DNA of 64,000 bases from Azolla caroliniana (taxonomy: Eukaryota; Plantae; Polypodiophyta), in NCBI GenBank assembly GCA_043228905.1, contig JBHGNT010000001.1, forward strand, positions 27,528,001 to 27,592,000. The letters run 5' to 3'. Of this stretch, positions 35,249 through 48,811 are shown one piece after another. A program made the translations under genes and the position numbers. The first letter of the stretch is position 1. Each line of letters begins with the position of its first letter. The notes beneath the pieces are model-generated. The model ran no database searches and was not told the DNA's origin. It saw only the letters and a list, made by a program, of their open reading frames with translations.

Positions 35249-38200
35249 ATGGCGTTGCTCCCCAACTTCTCCTTCTGCTCCACCATCACACGCCGCTCCT
35301 TCCTCTCTCATGGCCTCATCACCTGCTCCTCCCTCTCCACTCACGCTCCTTCTTCTTCTTCTCCTCCTTCCTCCTCCTCTACAGAGAAGACCACAGTGCA
35401 GAAGCAGAAGCCACACTCTGAAATCCTGCGAATCCGAGAGTCGCTTCTCTCCAGAGAGAAGACAGCCGTGGAAATCGCCGAGGAATACCTCCAGCGGTTG
35501 AAGGAAAGGGAGCCTAAAGTGAAGAGTTTCTTGTTTGTCTCTGAGCAGGCCATTCAGGAAGCAGAACAGGTAGACAAGAGGATCGCAGCAAAGGAGCCAT
35601 TGGGACCCTTAGCTGGAGTTCCTTTTGCAGTGAAGGACAATATTTGTACTGTTGATATGCCATCAACGGGGGGTTCGAGGATCTTGGAGCACTACCAGCC
35701 ACCATTTGATGCAACGGCTGTGAGGAAGATGAAAGAAGCTGGTGCTTTGACTATTGGAAAGACTAACTTGGATGAATTTGGGATGGGAAGCTCAACCGAA
35801 GGCTCAGCATTCCAGGTTTAGCATTTTTCTCATTTCGCAGAGATAGATAGATAAATAGAGAAGACTCAGGCTCAAATCTACATTGTAAACCTAGGCTCAG
35901 TAATGGATGAATAAAAAGAGATAGATAGATATATAAATAGAGAAGACTCAGGCTCAAACCTACATTGTAAACCTAGGCTCAGTAATGGATGAATAAAAAG
36001 AAATCCTTTTTACAAGATGCCACTGATTAAGTAGAACAAAAGATGAGGTCACGCCAGGCATGAGAGGAGACAAGAAGACACCAAGAGAAGGCCATAAGTT
36101 TTGATGAAAAAGAATTTACTTTGTGGTTAGATATAAAGTGAGGTTTTTGATGAGAGTATGCTTCTAGTTGATCCTCTCATTTTGGCTAGTATGAATGGAG
36201 AGCAAGATCCAAGAAGGAAGCTTTCCTTCAGCAGGGGAAGCTGATCCAAAAGTTGAATAAGCTTGGAAGCTTAAGTGGCTGCTGCTCTTAAGGTCACTTC
36301 TGACAATAGAAGCAGCCTGATTGTGCTAGGTGGAGATGGGTGTTTGCCTTTTTTGCCAGTTTTAAAATAATGAATATTTCAACCTTAATATAATTAGTTG
36401 GGAAACATATTTTCAACAGGTGACATCCAATCCATGGGACTTATCAAGAGTACCTGGTGGATCTTCTGGAGGATCTGCTGCTGCTGTTGCTGCCAGGCAA
36501 TGTGTATGTTCTTTAGGAAGTGATACAGGAGGAAGCATTAGGCAGCCTGCATCATTTTGTGGAATTGTTGGTCTTAAGCCATCGTACGGTCGAGTCTCTC
36601 GCTATGGTCTAATGGCATTTGCATCTTCCTTAGATGTTGTTGGATGCTTTGGTACATCTGTTCAAGATGTAGCCATTGTGCTTGATGTCATCGCTGGCCA
36701 TGACAAACATGATTTGACAAGCAGCTTAACAGTAAGCTTTCGTGTTTCAATATAAAATCAATATTAAAATGGTCTATGTAACTGTTGTTTCATGTGCTCT
36801 TTTTCGCAGCCAATCTCTGAGTATGCCAGTAAACTGATAGCGTTGAATGCTTTTAAAAGCAAACCACTTGATGGACTCTGCATTGGGCTTATTACTGAGA
36901 CTGTTGGAGATGGTGTGGATCCTGATGTTTCTTCAGCTATAATGAGTGCAGCTAGCCACCTAGAAGGCCTAGGGGCTAAAATCACAAAGGTTATCTATAT
37001 GTTCATAAATGATATATCCCCCTACCCTGGAGACAAGTATGTGGTAAACTGAAGTTGCATGTTTCCTTCTCAATGTGCCACTTGCGACCTTGTCAAGAAG
37101 CAATCACTACTGAACTTTCTAAATAATATATTATTTTTGATGTCAACAATGTTGGTAAATCAAAGACATATTGTCTTTTAACAGGTTTCTCTGCCATCAT
37201 TTTCATTAGGACTACCTGCTTATTATATTCTGGCATGTTCAGAAGCATCATCAAATCTTGCCCGCTATGATGGGGTCCGGTATGTCTTACCCATGGAAAA
37301 CAAAGTTTCTATTCTGTTCATAAGTGAGCAAAAATTTAAATATTTATCCATGTTGAGAAGAAAATTTTCACATCATTCTTAGAGGGTGGAGACAACCAAG
37401 ATTTGAAGTGTCGCATGTACACATTTTAATAAATAAATAATACATTAGTAACATTAAGGCTTCTTATGAATTGAAACTTGAAGAGTGGAGCACATATCAT
37501 AGACTCCTGTTTCATGGTGATGAAGTTTTAAAAAAAATGTTCATAAAATTCAATGCTGATTGAAATCACCATGAAATAACTCATGGTATTGATTCCATTT
37601 AGTTACTGTAATTGGAACCACATGTAACGAATTGTAAGTACGAATTTGTGTATCATGGATGAAGTTATATTATACATTTATGGACGGTTCATGTGTGGAA
37701 CTCCATTAATAATATTGGATGCACTATGGCCTTAAGCTACAATGCAGTAATGGAAACAGCTGGTGAGATGTTTATGCCTTTTAGGATTTTGATTGTGACT
37801 AGAATTACAATCAATTATATTGGGAATGTTCCTTACCTCATACATGATACAACTGGAGCAAACCTCCATTGATCTATGATTGTACATTTCTTGCATGGCC
37901 TTGTGTTATTCATAATATAGGTCTTTATTTATAGTTAGTACATTATGTTGGGGATTTGACAGGTTATGACCTAAAGTAGACTGCTGTATGCAATATGAGA
38001 ACTCTGGCATGGTTCATCAACAATGTTGTTTATTATACAACTAGAGTAGTGCCATGATACTATGGATGAGGTGTTTGATTGTTTTCATTTCACAGAGTAG
38101 TCTATATATTAGATTTTCACTCTGTTCCTGACATGATAAAAAATGAATGATTTGATATGCCAGAATGTAGTGATTCTTGTCATTGTTTTGGTTTATGAAT

Positions 38201-41200
38201 TATAGGTATGGAAAACGAACATCTGCAGATGAATTAGCATTAATGTATGGGGATACCAGAGCCAAAGGATTTGGTCAAGAGGTAGGTGTTTTTACAAGTC
38301 TTCGCAATACTTAAATTGTTTTTCCCATGATTAATCCAAATCTATGATCTTCTGATGATTGTAGGTAAAACGGAGGATTTTGATGGGCACCTATGCTCTT
38401 TCTGCTGGATTTTATGATGCCTTCTATAAAAGAGCCCAACAGGTGTGATCATAAGTCCAACAACAATAAAAACTATTTTATATGACATTGATCTCCTCGT
38501 ATTGGATGTGTACGTGCTACATTCTGATGGGACAGATCTCATGTCTTGTTTGTGGTAGCATCCTGATACTGAAATGGGGAATGAGAAGCTGAAAAATGGC
38601 CGTCTCCTATTAAATTGAGTATGATTCACCTCAAGGAGTGATTCATACTTGAAAGAAAGAAAGAAATATTATTGTCTTTTTAGAGGGCCAAAATGGCCTA
38701 TAGGACCAAACAAGAGATTACATCTTGAAATGTTGTCGTGTCTTTGAGACGAACAAACCAAAATAAATGTAACGGAATAAAAATTGAAGTGACTAAAGAA
38801 TCCCATTGTCTACACATTTAAGATTCTTAAGTCAGATAGATTGTAATTGCCGTCAAGCACCTAAAATGATGGGAGATAATGGCCTTTACCTGTCGATGAC
38901 AAGGGTGGTGAGAGCTTGGTTGATGAGGCAGGGTCTATGTGCATGGAAAATTGTTATTGCCCGAACTATTGTAACCCTTGTGTGATGTCATGGGCAGGAG
39001 CCCACTTGTGTCTCCCTTGATTGAACTGTAGCATGAGAAAGAAAGTCACAATTGTTCTTTGTTCATGAGCTTGTGTTGTGTATCCTTGCCCTTCAACAAC
39101 TTTTGGTGTCTCGAGTTCCAACAAGAACAGCCCCAAGCACTGTTGCTCCTCATGTTATAGTCCCTTGCTTCGTTGGTTAAAGATGAAATGGTATCTCCCT
39201 GTTATTTCATAAAAACAATACAATGTCAAACATTGTGCTCTTTAGATTCCTCTCCCTGATGACTGAATATGCAATTTCTTTTTCTGAGAGTGCGTGCATA
39301 TCTGCCTACCTCAATCTCTAATTGATGTGAAGAGGTCCACGCTTGCCCGAGCACACTACACAGCACATCGGGTAGATGTATGTTCATATAAGAGGGCGTG
39401 ATGCTAAATTCATTCCTAAATGTGTATTGTGCCTTATACTGGGCTGTCTTGCTACAAGAGATGCTAAGAGGCTTATCCATGCCCTTCCATTATCCAATTG
39501 GATGATATGAGTTTGGATCACTCTCTTCGTTACTGCTTTGGTCTTGTTTAGGTGGGGAAAATCCAAGCTATATTGGAACGGGGGTAATGAATTTAATTTA
39601 TGGTTATGTCATGTGAGTTGAACTGTTGCGTTTCAGCATAGCAACAATGATTATCTCCGTGTTCAACAAGTTGTTTTGATGACATAAGTGCCAACGTTGA
39701 GTACCTTCATTTAGGCAGCTCCAAAAGCTGTTGGATATTAGTCACTGATTGGAATAATGCCTCAGTGATTATTGTAGCTACTTGCATCTCTGCCTGAATT
39801 ATATCATGAGGCACCAATGTTTTTTCCTTATCATGCGTACAATCATTAATACTAAAGGCCCTTCAAATCTCTTCAAATATTTTGAATTATTTTCTTTGCT
39901 AAGATTCTGTTAGTAGGTTTATACTCTATAGAGAAGAGTCTTTATAACAAGGGAATAACCACTATTTAGTTCATGGCTCTTGGAATTGTATGTGTGCACG
40001 TTATCTTTTAAGACCAAGGGCTGCATATCCATGAGAAAGTCAAGCACAGTCAGTCTTTGTGAGGACAACTGTGGCCCTATGAATGTTGCTGTAGGTATGT
40101 GTAGTATTGTAAGTATGCTGTCTTCTTCTCTCCCAAGAAGAATTCTGGTTCTGATCTTGTTACACATGCTTAAGTGCTGTTAAACACCATCACTTTAGTA
40201 TCATCTAGGTTAATTGTGAAACTTTTATCTGCCCAAAACGATTTAAAGATGTTTAGATGCCCTTTTAGAGAAACATTGAGATATTGATACTGGCAGCAAT
40301 ATTATGCCATCATCACTTGTGATAATGATTGGTCTCTATGGGTGTTGGAGGAGTAAGAAATATTCACCTTATAGAGACATATTAAGACCCTTTGTGGAGA
40401 GTGTTGCTTGAATACTATCTGGAGTTTGTATCTTGCACCACACATTGCTTCTTTGTACTTTCTTTTATCAAGGAGTTTTTATGTGTTTCATAGCTATAAT
40501 ATTTCAGCTCTTTGAGCTTTTTTTAATAGTATGAATGAAATTTTGTTGTAATTGATCTGATGATCATAGACCATGTCAGGTTATTCAAAGATGACTCCCG
40601 TGGCAATGATAATTAGAAAGGGCAAAGTGTTTAATGTGATTATATCTTGTCGCTACCAGTGTGCTGGTTTTTGCCAGATCTTACAAATTGTCACCCATAT
40701 GTATCAGATGCAGCCAGTGATCTCCAGTCTATAAAACGATCTTAGTGTTCTCTTGGTATGTGTAGGTTTTCTATGCATTGCACGGGTTTATGGGGTAAGC
40801 AGTAATATGCACTAGAGGTCCTTCCTGCAACCAGTTTGTAGGATAAAGAATTATGGTTTCTGTAATTTACTCTCCTGTTTAAATACTAAAATACTTGGGT
40901 TCTAATTAAATAAATAAATAAACTTTTAAGTATAACCTTTTAATCCATTCATTGAGGTTCACAATGAAATTCTATGAAATAGATTCGCACAATCGTTTCT
41001 AAAGATTTTAAGCGAGCTTTGGGAGAGTGTGACATGCTGATATCACCTGCTGCCCCTACTGCTGCATATTTGATTGGTGAGTGCAGTTCTGCCATTTAAC
41101 GATGATTGTTGCCAGTCTTCTACAAACTCTTTCCTGTGCTTTGTAGGTGAAAAGACAAATGATCCGCTAGCAATGTATGCGGGAGATTTGATGACGGTTT

Positions 41201-42430
41201 GATCCAACATCCATGGGAATATTTTTATTTTATAAATATATTTTGCTTCATTTTATGCCGATACTAAATCTGATCATCATGTTAATTCTTTTTCATAGTT
41301 ACATGAAAACCTCTCTAAATCATAAGTGTCTTATATGCATGAAGTTATTGATATAACTTACAACACCCATAAAACAAATGTTCTTTGTAGCAAACCTTAC
41401 TGAGTTACATGAGCATATAAAAAATAGTTGTTCAGGTATTTTGACTGAGGAAGTGTGTTATGTGCTGAAGTGACAGCTAGATGTATTCCTGTCTATACAC
41501 ACTGGTTTGTTGCAGGCATAATACTGGCCAGTCTTATTATTGCTATCATCATCTCAAAGCTCTCAAAATAAAATTTTAGTCAATGTGCAGAGAATCTTCT
41601 AATTATCCTATCTTTCCAAGAGATTTTATGAACAATTGCAGTTTATTTAAAGAAATGCTATTTATTTATTTATTTATTACAGTGGGCTGAAAACTGATAT
41701 CTTTCATGCAGGTTAATGTGAACCTTGCAGGTTTACCAGCATTGGTGGTTCCTTGTGGGTTTACAAGTGGAAGTGTACAGCTTCCTGTAGGCATTCAATT
41801 TATCGGCAATTCTTTTGAGGAGGTTGTTTACAATCTTTAATCTTTTTCAGAGGTTGATAAGACTCCATAGTTTGTAGAAATTTTGATTTGGACTTCTGAA
41901 ATTGTCATCAACATCTGATCAGATGTGATGTGCACAACATTAACTACTATAATATCTGATTGTATGTTCTATGGGGATTCATATGCTTTCTCATTGTAGA
42001 ATGAAACCAATCAGTAGTTTCCATGTTTGTATGAAACATCTCTGTAGGACTGAATCAATTTTGATGATTATTGCTGCGTGTTGCCTTCATTAAGTGATAC
42101 AGATTGATTGGTTTTGTTTGTGTTTTTCTTTAAAGTTCTCTGGTGGTGCTGTAAATTCTATTAAAGAAGGGTGCATTCGTAGCATTATTATTGTAATGTG
42201 TGATGTGTGAGAGTTTAATGGACAAAACATTAGTTTCCAAAACCGTTATGGTAGTTTTTAATCTTTAAACTTGGCTATACATGTGTCATTTCAGAAATTT
42301 TATTGTGGCTATTTATCACTAAAATTACACCTTTGTTTTGTTTCAACACTGACAGGAAAAGCTTCTTCAAACAGGCCATGTTTTCGAGCAAACACTTGAA
42401 AGTTCGGGCTTTCTGCCATCAATCATTTAG
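35249..42430 (+). CDS. gatA: Glutamyl-tRNA(Gln) amidotransferase subunit A, chloroplastic/mitochondrial; exons 35249-35815, 36420-36731, 36810-36989, 37185-37279, 38206-38281, 38365-38442, 40983-41076, 41147-41196, 41712-41822, 42356-42430
   Basis: Transit peptide; amidase signature [46 protein letters not shown]; [47 protein letters not shown]. All junctions are GT-AG and in phase. Confidence 0.95.
35841..36001. repeat. ~82-bp tandem duplication in gatA intron 1
   Basis: AGAAGACTCAGGCTCAAA(T/C)CTACATTGTAAACCTAGGCTCAGTAATGGATGAATAAAAAG at 35859 and 35941. Confidence 0.9.
39120..39850 (-). mobile_element. Decayed non-LTR retrotransposon 3' fragment in gatA intron 6
   Basis: [12 protein letters not shown]...RNCIF...EESKEH resembles the LINE C-terminal motif (HxLxIExGRY...RxC..C...E.E.H). 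Confidence 0.55.
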
Positions 42431-45337
42431 AATTTTTTCACTTGATTTCAACGTGGTGAGTATTTTGGGTTATATGACTTGTTTCTTCCTTTATTACTGG
42501 AAAACCTGTTATAGTCCTTTTTGATGGTGTGCACTAGTCATGTTGACTATAGAAATGCCAATGTCCATGCATAATGAGAACTTTAGGTGTCTCAATGCCT
42601 TTTCGTATTCAGCGATTAAGGAATGACAATATTTTGTACGGGAAATCTATGAACTACTTGTGTAATGAGTAATGTTGAGGTTTTAAGGCTATATTTAATG
42701 ATCAATCGTTTCAATGCATTAAATGACCTAGCGTATATATACTTTCAGAAGAAGTCACAGATTGGAACAGAACACATGGATATCACTCTGATAGGTGCCT
42801 AAAGGAGCAGCATGTGCGTGTAGTAGATGAATAGGAGAATATCAAGAAAATAGAACCGTGAATATTACAAGTTTCAAATGCACAATTTAATTATTCAGTT
42901 TGGCGTCAGAAATTTATATAGGCTCAGAGCACTTTGTAAGCTCTTTTCTCTGTATAGTGTTTTTTTAGGTAGCTTTGCCATTGATTATAACGGGAATTCT
43001 ATACTTCCAGCAGGCTTCATGATGCAGTCAAATTGCTGCCACAACAGAAATGATCTATATTAACACAGTAGATCTAGACCAAATCGAAGGACCCAACTTA
43101 AAACATGAACTTCTTAGTGGTCCGATTGGACCATCCACTAAGGCCAAGTCTAATGCTCATGAGGTGCGTGCCATATGGAGAGCAGACCAAGCCGCAAGAA
43201 AACGCTATACCGGGTAGTGTCCAGAAAGCAATTTCAGAGAGAAAGGTCAAATGGAAAGAGAGGTTCACAATTTCTTTCTTTAAATCAACATAGAATATGT
43301 ATTCTTCTCATTATATAATAAGTGTATTCATTGGGTAAATGATAGGTTTTTGTTGAGCTCCTTGTCATGTAAATTCTGGTCATTGTTTTTCTGTCAACCT
43401 TTGATGGCTTGTCTCTTACCTATATGATATCAAGTTATGGTAGGGCAGTGTTTGGATGTGGAGAGCCGTCAATATGCAGGCATCATGGTTGAGACTTGAG
43501 AGTACCATTCATTGAGAATTTATGGAAATATTCTCCACTCTTGATGATGTGAGACTATAAAAGTCATGGACTATCTGTGGATGCATTTATGTGTAGTCTT
43601 CACTTCACATTGAAAATGGCTGTAAGGATTTTTTTTTGTAGTGAAGAATTCAAGACACATCAGATTGCGCTGATCCAAATATTTACATTGTGTAGACTTA
43701 GTCAGCTAACAAATAACAAATCTGAAGCAAAAGATGTGACTTTATTGTGAGCATGGGAAACAAACCAACTTACGTGTCCAGTGTTTGTTTGAGACATCAA
43801 TTGTGGAGCGCTAAATATTTTGTAAGCAAAGAGACTTTGAAGCCAGCATTGTATCGGAAGAAACTTCAAAACAAATGGTTTTAAAGGCAGAGAAACATAT
43901 GCATCATTTAAGAAAAAATAAATTTGACTGGAAATTTCAACCATTTGTTGTGAGAGGCGCTACCCAAACTTTGTAGTTTGGGTTGTGTATGTTCGGGTAA
44001 ACATACTGGATATGCTCTATGTGTGAAGAAGAGCCAATTATTTGTATCTACTTCGGATTGTTCTTGATTCTTACATTTCTATGCTAAAATGTTTGAAATT
44101 TTTATGCTAAAAAATCAATAACTCAAGGCATTTGATTATTGACTAGTTTGTTTGAATTTCTCCTTGATTAGCAAAAGGGACATTGTAGCCTATCCATTGT
44201 GGCCTTTGAGAACTTTGTCCATTTTTTGGGTTTATTTGAGTTTTGGTGAAAATCTCTGTATACTTTTTTGTCACCAATTATGATGTTTGTTTTTATTATA
44301 AAAGGCAAAAGCGTTAAGGGTAATCCAATTGTTTGGAATGACCAATTGTTTTTATACATAGTAAGGAAACTTTATGCATTGCTCTTATATGTGCCTTGAC
44401 CATTAGTGATTATGGGCTTCCTTGGGGGAGATCTATGTCAAATATTTGTAGAAACTGTGCTATTATTATCAAAGGTTTATTAGTGCTTTGTTTAAAATTG
44501 ATTGTACCAATAATGAACTTGAGACCATTATATCAGGTGATTGGTATATACCACATTGGGAGAAAGTAATGTACTTTGGTGCACTAATGACATCATGAGA
44601 TCAGGTATTGGGGAAACAACATTTCATCATCATTGGGGGTGACAGTAGGTAGTGACATCATGAGTTCTAGTGTGAGGAAATGAGATTTTGTATTCAACCA
44701 TTGTGACAAGTAGTTAGCTTGTCAAATTTGGAGGAAGTAATGTGTTTTTATTGTAGCCATCATGAAATCAGGTATAGGGAAATGACGTTTGATCTTCATT
44801 TACAAGCAATGGTGAGGGTGAGGGAATGTAATTACCATTTCTAGAAAACGTTTGTGCAAGTTATGGGTTTTGTAGTTCTAGGTGACTCATTTAGAGGAGG
44901 GTTGAGTGGTAGGTCAAGTTGCAATGCGTCGTTTGTGGTGCTACTGTATGAAGTTCTATAACCAGATTGACAAATTGAAGTGTTATTTGGTCATCCTAAG
45001 GTGAACTTGCAGAAAACTTGTAAATGGTAAAAGAAGTCTTCAATTGCAGAGGTCAAAGCACTATAATCACATTATTTCAATTGCCTTCTGTTATGTAGAG
45101 ATCAGAATCTAGACACTATCATGATCATTGACTGTTGTTTGAAGTGGGTTTTAGGGATATTGATGATTTCCAACCGCTCGGTCAATTAAGGTATTTGCAA
45201 GAAATTATGATTTAACATTTATTTAGTAATGCTCCCTAAAGAACACATGCATGGAACATAATATTGAGATACCTCACCAAACTAATCATACACAATACTA
45301 ATCACCCATGACACGCAATTTAGATCTCATATTTGTA

Positions 45338-45725
45338 TAGGGGTCACTAGTATATTCAAAATACTCAATGGCATTGCTCAATATTCTCGTATGAAGGTAA
45401 TTCCAGAATAAGTGGATACAAAGTAAGATAAAATTGCTATCATTGTAATGTGTACAATAGTACATATGTCTTTACCATGTATACCTATTTTATAGCCTTT
45501 TCTTGTCAAAAAAAAAAGTATACCTCAACCTGATCTTGTATTTGTCTAGGGGCCACTAGTATGTTCGAAGTGCTCAATGACATTGCTCAACATTCTCATA
45601 TGAAGGTAATTGCGGAATCAATGGAAAGAAAGTAAGATAAAGATCCTATGGTTGTACACTATTACATTTGTCTTTCCCATTTATACGTCTTTCATAGCCT
45701 TTTATAGCCAACAAAAAAAATATAT
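45338..45725. repeat. ~209-bp diverged tandem duplication
   Basis: TAGGGG(T/C)CACTAGTAT...CATTGCTCAA...TATGAAGGTAATT...AAAGTAAGATAAA...poly-A at 45338 and 45547. Confidence 0.8.
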
Positions 45726-47170
45726 CTTGAGAGGTATGTAATTATTTCTAACCTAAATTTTTATTACTTGATTAGTGGATGTCCCTAGGGGGGGCGTCAT
45801 TTTCCAATTATATTCTCTCTACTGCTTGTTAAGAATGCCTTTAGCTAAATAATATACATTCCGATTGATCAGATCAACAAGAAGCATTTCACATAGAGCC
45901 AACGAAAAAACAAATTTTTTGAAGTTTTGTAGATGGAGTGAAAGATGAGTCAAAGAGAAATGAACACTTTCTGTGAGATATGTCATAGTTTTTGTGGAGT
46001 TCTACCACCATTTGGTGGATGATTGAGATGGTTGGCTGGATCCACTTTGGCCTGGACTTCTTCCATATTAGAACATAGGATGCAACAATAAGTGCACATC
46101 ATTCAATTCTTCCATATGCCTATACCTCCATTGACATTTTGATAAAGAGTCATGATTCAGCAAGAATATCAACGCCCACAATAACTATGACTGAGTACTG
46201 TGATACAAAGCACACTGGCCATACCAACACCAAATCATTGAAATGCATGACCCACCTTCAGGTACTAATATGCAACTAGTTAAGCTTGTTGACTCATATC
46301 TCATCCCATGTGTCCCATGAATTGTAGCTCAGCACTTGATGCTAATAAATTCATCACATGTGTGGTAAGATCATTATCATGGATCTTTAAGAAAACTCAA
46401 ACAAGTATTTCTGTAGGGTAGATTAACTTCAACCCACCGTTATATTTGTAATCATGAATAATCTCTCTTTGTTTCCTTTTTTATAAGTTCCATGTGTGTG
46501 TGTGTGTGTGTGTGTATTGTGTACATAAGTAACATTTATCTAAACCATAATGGCCATCAAAGAGCTTGCAACTATAAAACTACATTGAAGTCCCCATCAA
46601 AGATGCAGCCTTGGGGGCAAAATGCATGCCACTGTATAGATTGTGCCTGCATGATCACCAAACTTTGAGAAAGTGGCAATGGAGGATAACCTACTACAAA
46701 AACATCATACGAATTTATGCAGCCATGACCAAGGTACTATGCCACCCTTAAAGCTACCAGAACCATAACTTATACAGTAGCTGGTACAGTGAACCCAACT
46801 GAAGTACCAATTGGGGGCCCAACATGTATAATGAGTCCACAGGAAATCAATAATCGTTCAAGAAATGTAGGGGTGACTGATTGAAACTGATATATCGATC
46901 TGATGGGGATCAAATTTTGCTGATGTAAGAGAGTAATGTCATGCAAACACGAAACCAGAAGCCTACATATCTCCAAAACCATTCACTCAGATCCCACAAG
47001 ACCTGAGTCAAGGGTTTAACTCCTCCCACATGCAGCTTCTAGAGTACAATCTCTCGATGTCGATGATAAGAAGGTGAATGCCGCACATCTAATACTTGTT
47101 CATTAATCTGACTTTCTTTGTGCCTGTTACCTCATACGTCTTCCAAGCATGCTTCCCATCTCTGTATATT

Positions 47171-48811
47171 TCAATTCATATAATTATGGTGTTTTAGGCA
47201 TTGGCCGCCATCCTCCACACCAGCATTAACAAAAATATTTGACATAAGAACATAACCAGCAGAATCCGTTTTATCGATTGCCACAACACTTCCATAACAT
47301 TGTTTTCCTAGCTCCACATCATTATGAGTTCCACAATGAGTTAGTAACGACCTCCAAGCTCCAGCAGTGGGCTGAAATGGAACAGAGCAGAGAAGATCTA
47401 TTGCTTCAATCAAACTTCCCGTTCGACCTAGTAGGTCTATCATACAGTTAATATGCTCTTGAATAGGTGCAATCCCATACACTTCTCTCATTGATGTAAA
47501 TTGTTTACATGCTTCATGTACGAGGCCCAAATGACAACATGCAGAGAGAAGGCATGTAAAGGTAATGATATCCGGCTTAACACCTTCTTGAAGCATACCT
47601 TCAAAACAGGTCAATGCAAGCTCATTCATACCATAGCATGCATAACCTGAGATCATCGAGTTCCATGTGTCGACATCTCGTTCGGCCAATCCATCAAATA
47701 CTTCACAGGCATCTTCCAGACTTCCGCATGCTGCATACATTTTTATGACAGTGTTCCATGTGATATTATCCATGACACCACCATAACCCTTCTCTGTTAT
47801 TTGATTATAAACCAATTTAGCAGTGTTCAAGGCCGTGATTCCATAACATGCTTTGAGAATGCTGATGTAGGTGACATGGTTTGGATCAGGGCCTTCTTGC
47901 TGCATTTGATTAAAGACATGAAGAGCCTCTCCAGCTTTTCCACATTGGACAAATCCAACTATGAGACCATTCCAAGTCACATGATTCGGACTTACCCCCA
48001 TTGATTTCATTTGCTGAAGAAGGCCTAGAGCTTTATCACTTTGTCCATTTATTGCCCAACCAGAAATAATTGCATTCCATGTCTCCTTATTTGGTTGGAT
48101 GCCATCTCTATGCATACATTGGAAAAGCCGACTAGCATCATGCATATAGCCATGCTGGGCATATCCAGCAATCATTGCATTCCATAGCACCACATTTCGA
48201 TCGGTTGTTCTTTCAAACACATCATATGCATCTGTTAGCTTCCCACACTGAACATACATGTCCACAAGGCTTGAAGCAACAAAGACAGTCAACACAAACC
48301 CACTTTCGGAGATGTGTCTATGAACAATTTTTCCGTGATCTAAATCTTGGATGCTTGCACATGCTTGTAAAACAGCCACGTATGTGTGACCATCAGAATG
48401 CAAGCCAGATTCTTGCATCCGAATATACATTTTGATGGCCTGATTTCCCTTTCCAAGCTTCGCATGAGCCAAAATGATCTCACTCCATGCAAACACATTA
48501 GGGCGTGGTAACTGGAAGAAGACATATTGTGCCTCTGTTAAGCTTCCACAAACAGCAAATAATCTGATCAAGTGGCTTCCAAGGTAGGCACTTGTATGAA
48601 GGTTCCTGCTTTTAATTAAAATTTGCACTTGCCTGGCAACATGAAGGTTCCTATAATCGATGCAAGCTTGCAGAAGACAGAAGAGGAGATTAGTGGAAAC
48701 AGAGGTGCAATGGTGAGCCAATTGTTGGACTGCATCTTGGAGTTTTCCCTGGTCACATAGTCCCTTGAATGTCTTGAAGAAGGGGCTATGGCGTAGACTC
48801 TCCTTCTTCAT
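47171..48811 (-). CDS. PLS-class pentatricopeptide repeat protein with a partial E domain, no DYW
   Basis: 546-aa intronless ORF with L/S/P motifs (TYVAVLQACAS, VASSLVDMYVQCGKLTDAYDVF, WNAMIAGYAQHG), a P2-L2-S2 end (HINCMIDLLGRTG) and E1/E2 (AWRSLLTHC..SAGYVLMSNIF). Confidence 0.92.
   Translation of the reverse strand: MKKESLRHSPFFKTFKGLCDQGKLQDAVQQLAHHCTSVSTNLLFCLLQACIDYRNLHVARQVQILIKSRNLHTSAYLGSHLIRLFAVCGSLTEAQYVFFQLPRPNVFAWSEIILAHAKLGKGNQAIKMYIRMQESGLHSDGHTYVAVLQACASIQDLDHGKIVHRHISESGFVLTVFVASSLVDMYVQCGKLTDAYDVFERTTDRNVVLWNAMIAGYAQHGYMHDASRLFQCMHRDGIQPNKETWNAIISGWAINGQSDKALGLLQQMKSMGVSPNHVTWNGLIVGFVQCGKAGEALHVFNQMQQEGPDPNHVTYISILKACYGITALNTAKLVYNQITEKGYGGVMDNITWNTVIKMYAACGSLEDACEVFDGLAERDVDTWNSMISGYACYGMNELALTCFEGMLQEGVKPDIITFTCLLSACCHLGLVHEACKQFTSMREVYGIAPIQEHINCMIDLLGRTGSLIEAIDLLCSVPFQPTAGAWRSLLTHCGTHNDVELGKQCYGSVVAIDKTDSAGYVLMSNIFVNAGVEDGGQCLKHHNYMN

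Noticed and set aside
43140-43220. NAHEVRA peptide resembling a DIRS tyrosine-recombinase HxxR motif
   Set aside because: No supporting flanking motifs or long ORF; probably chance.
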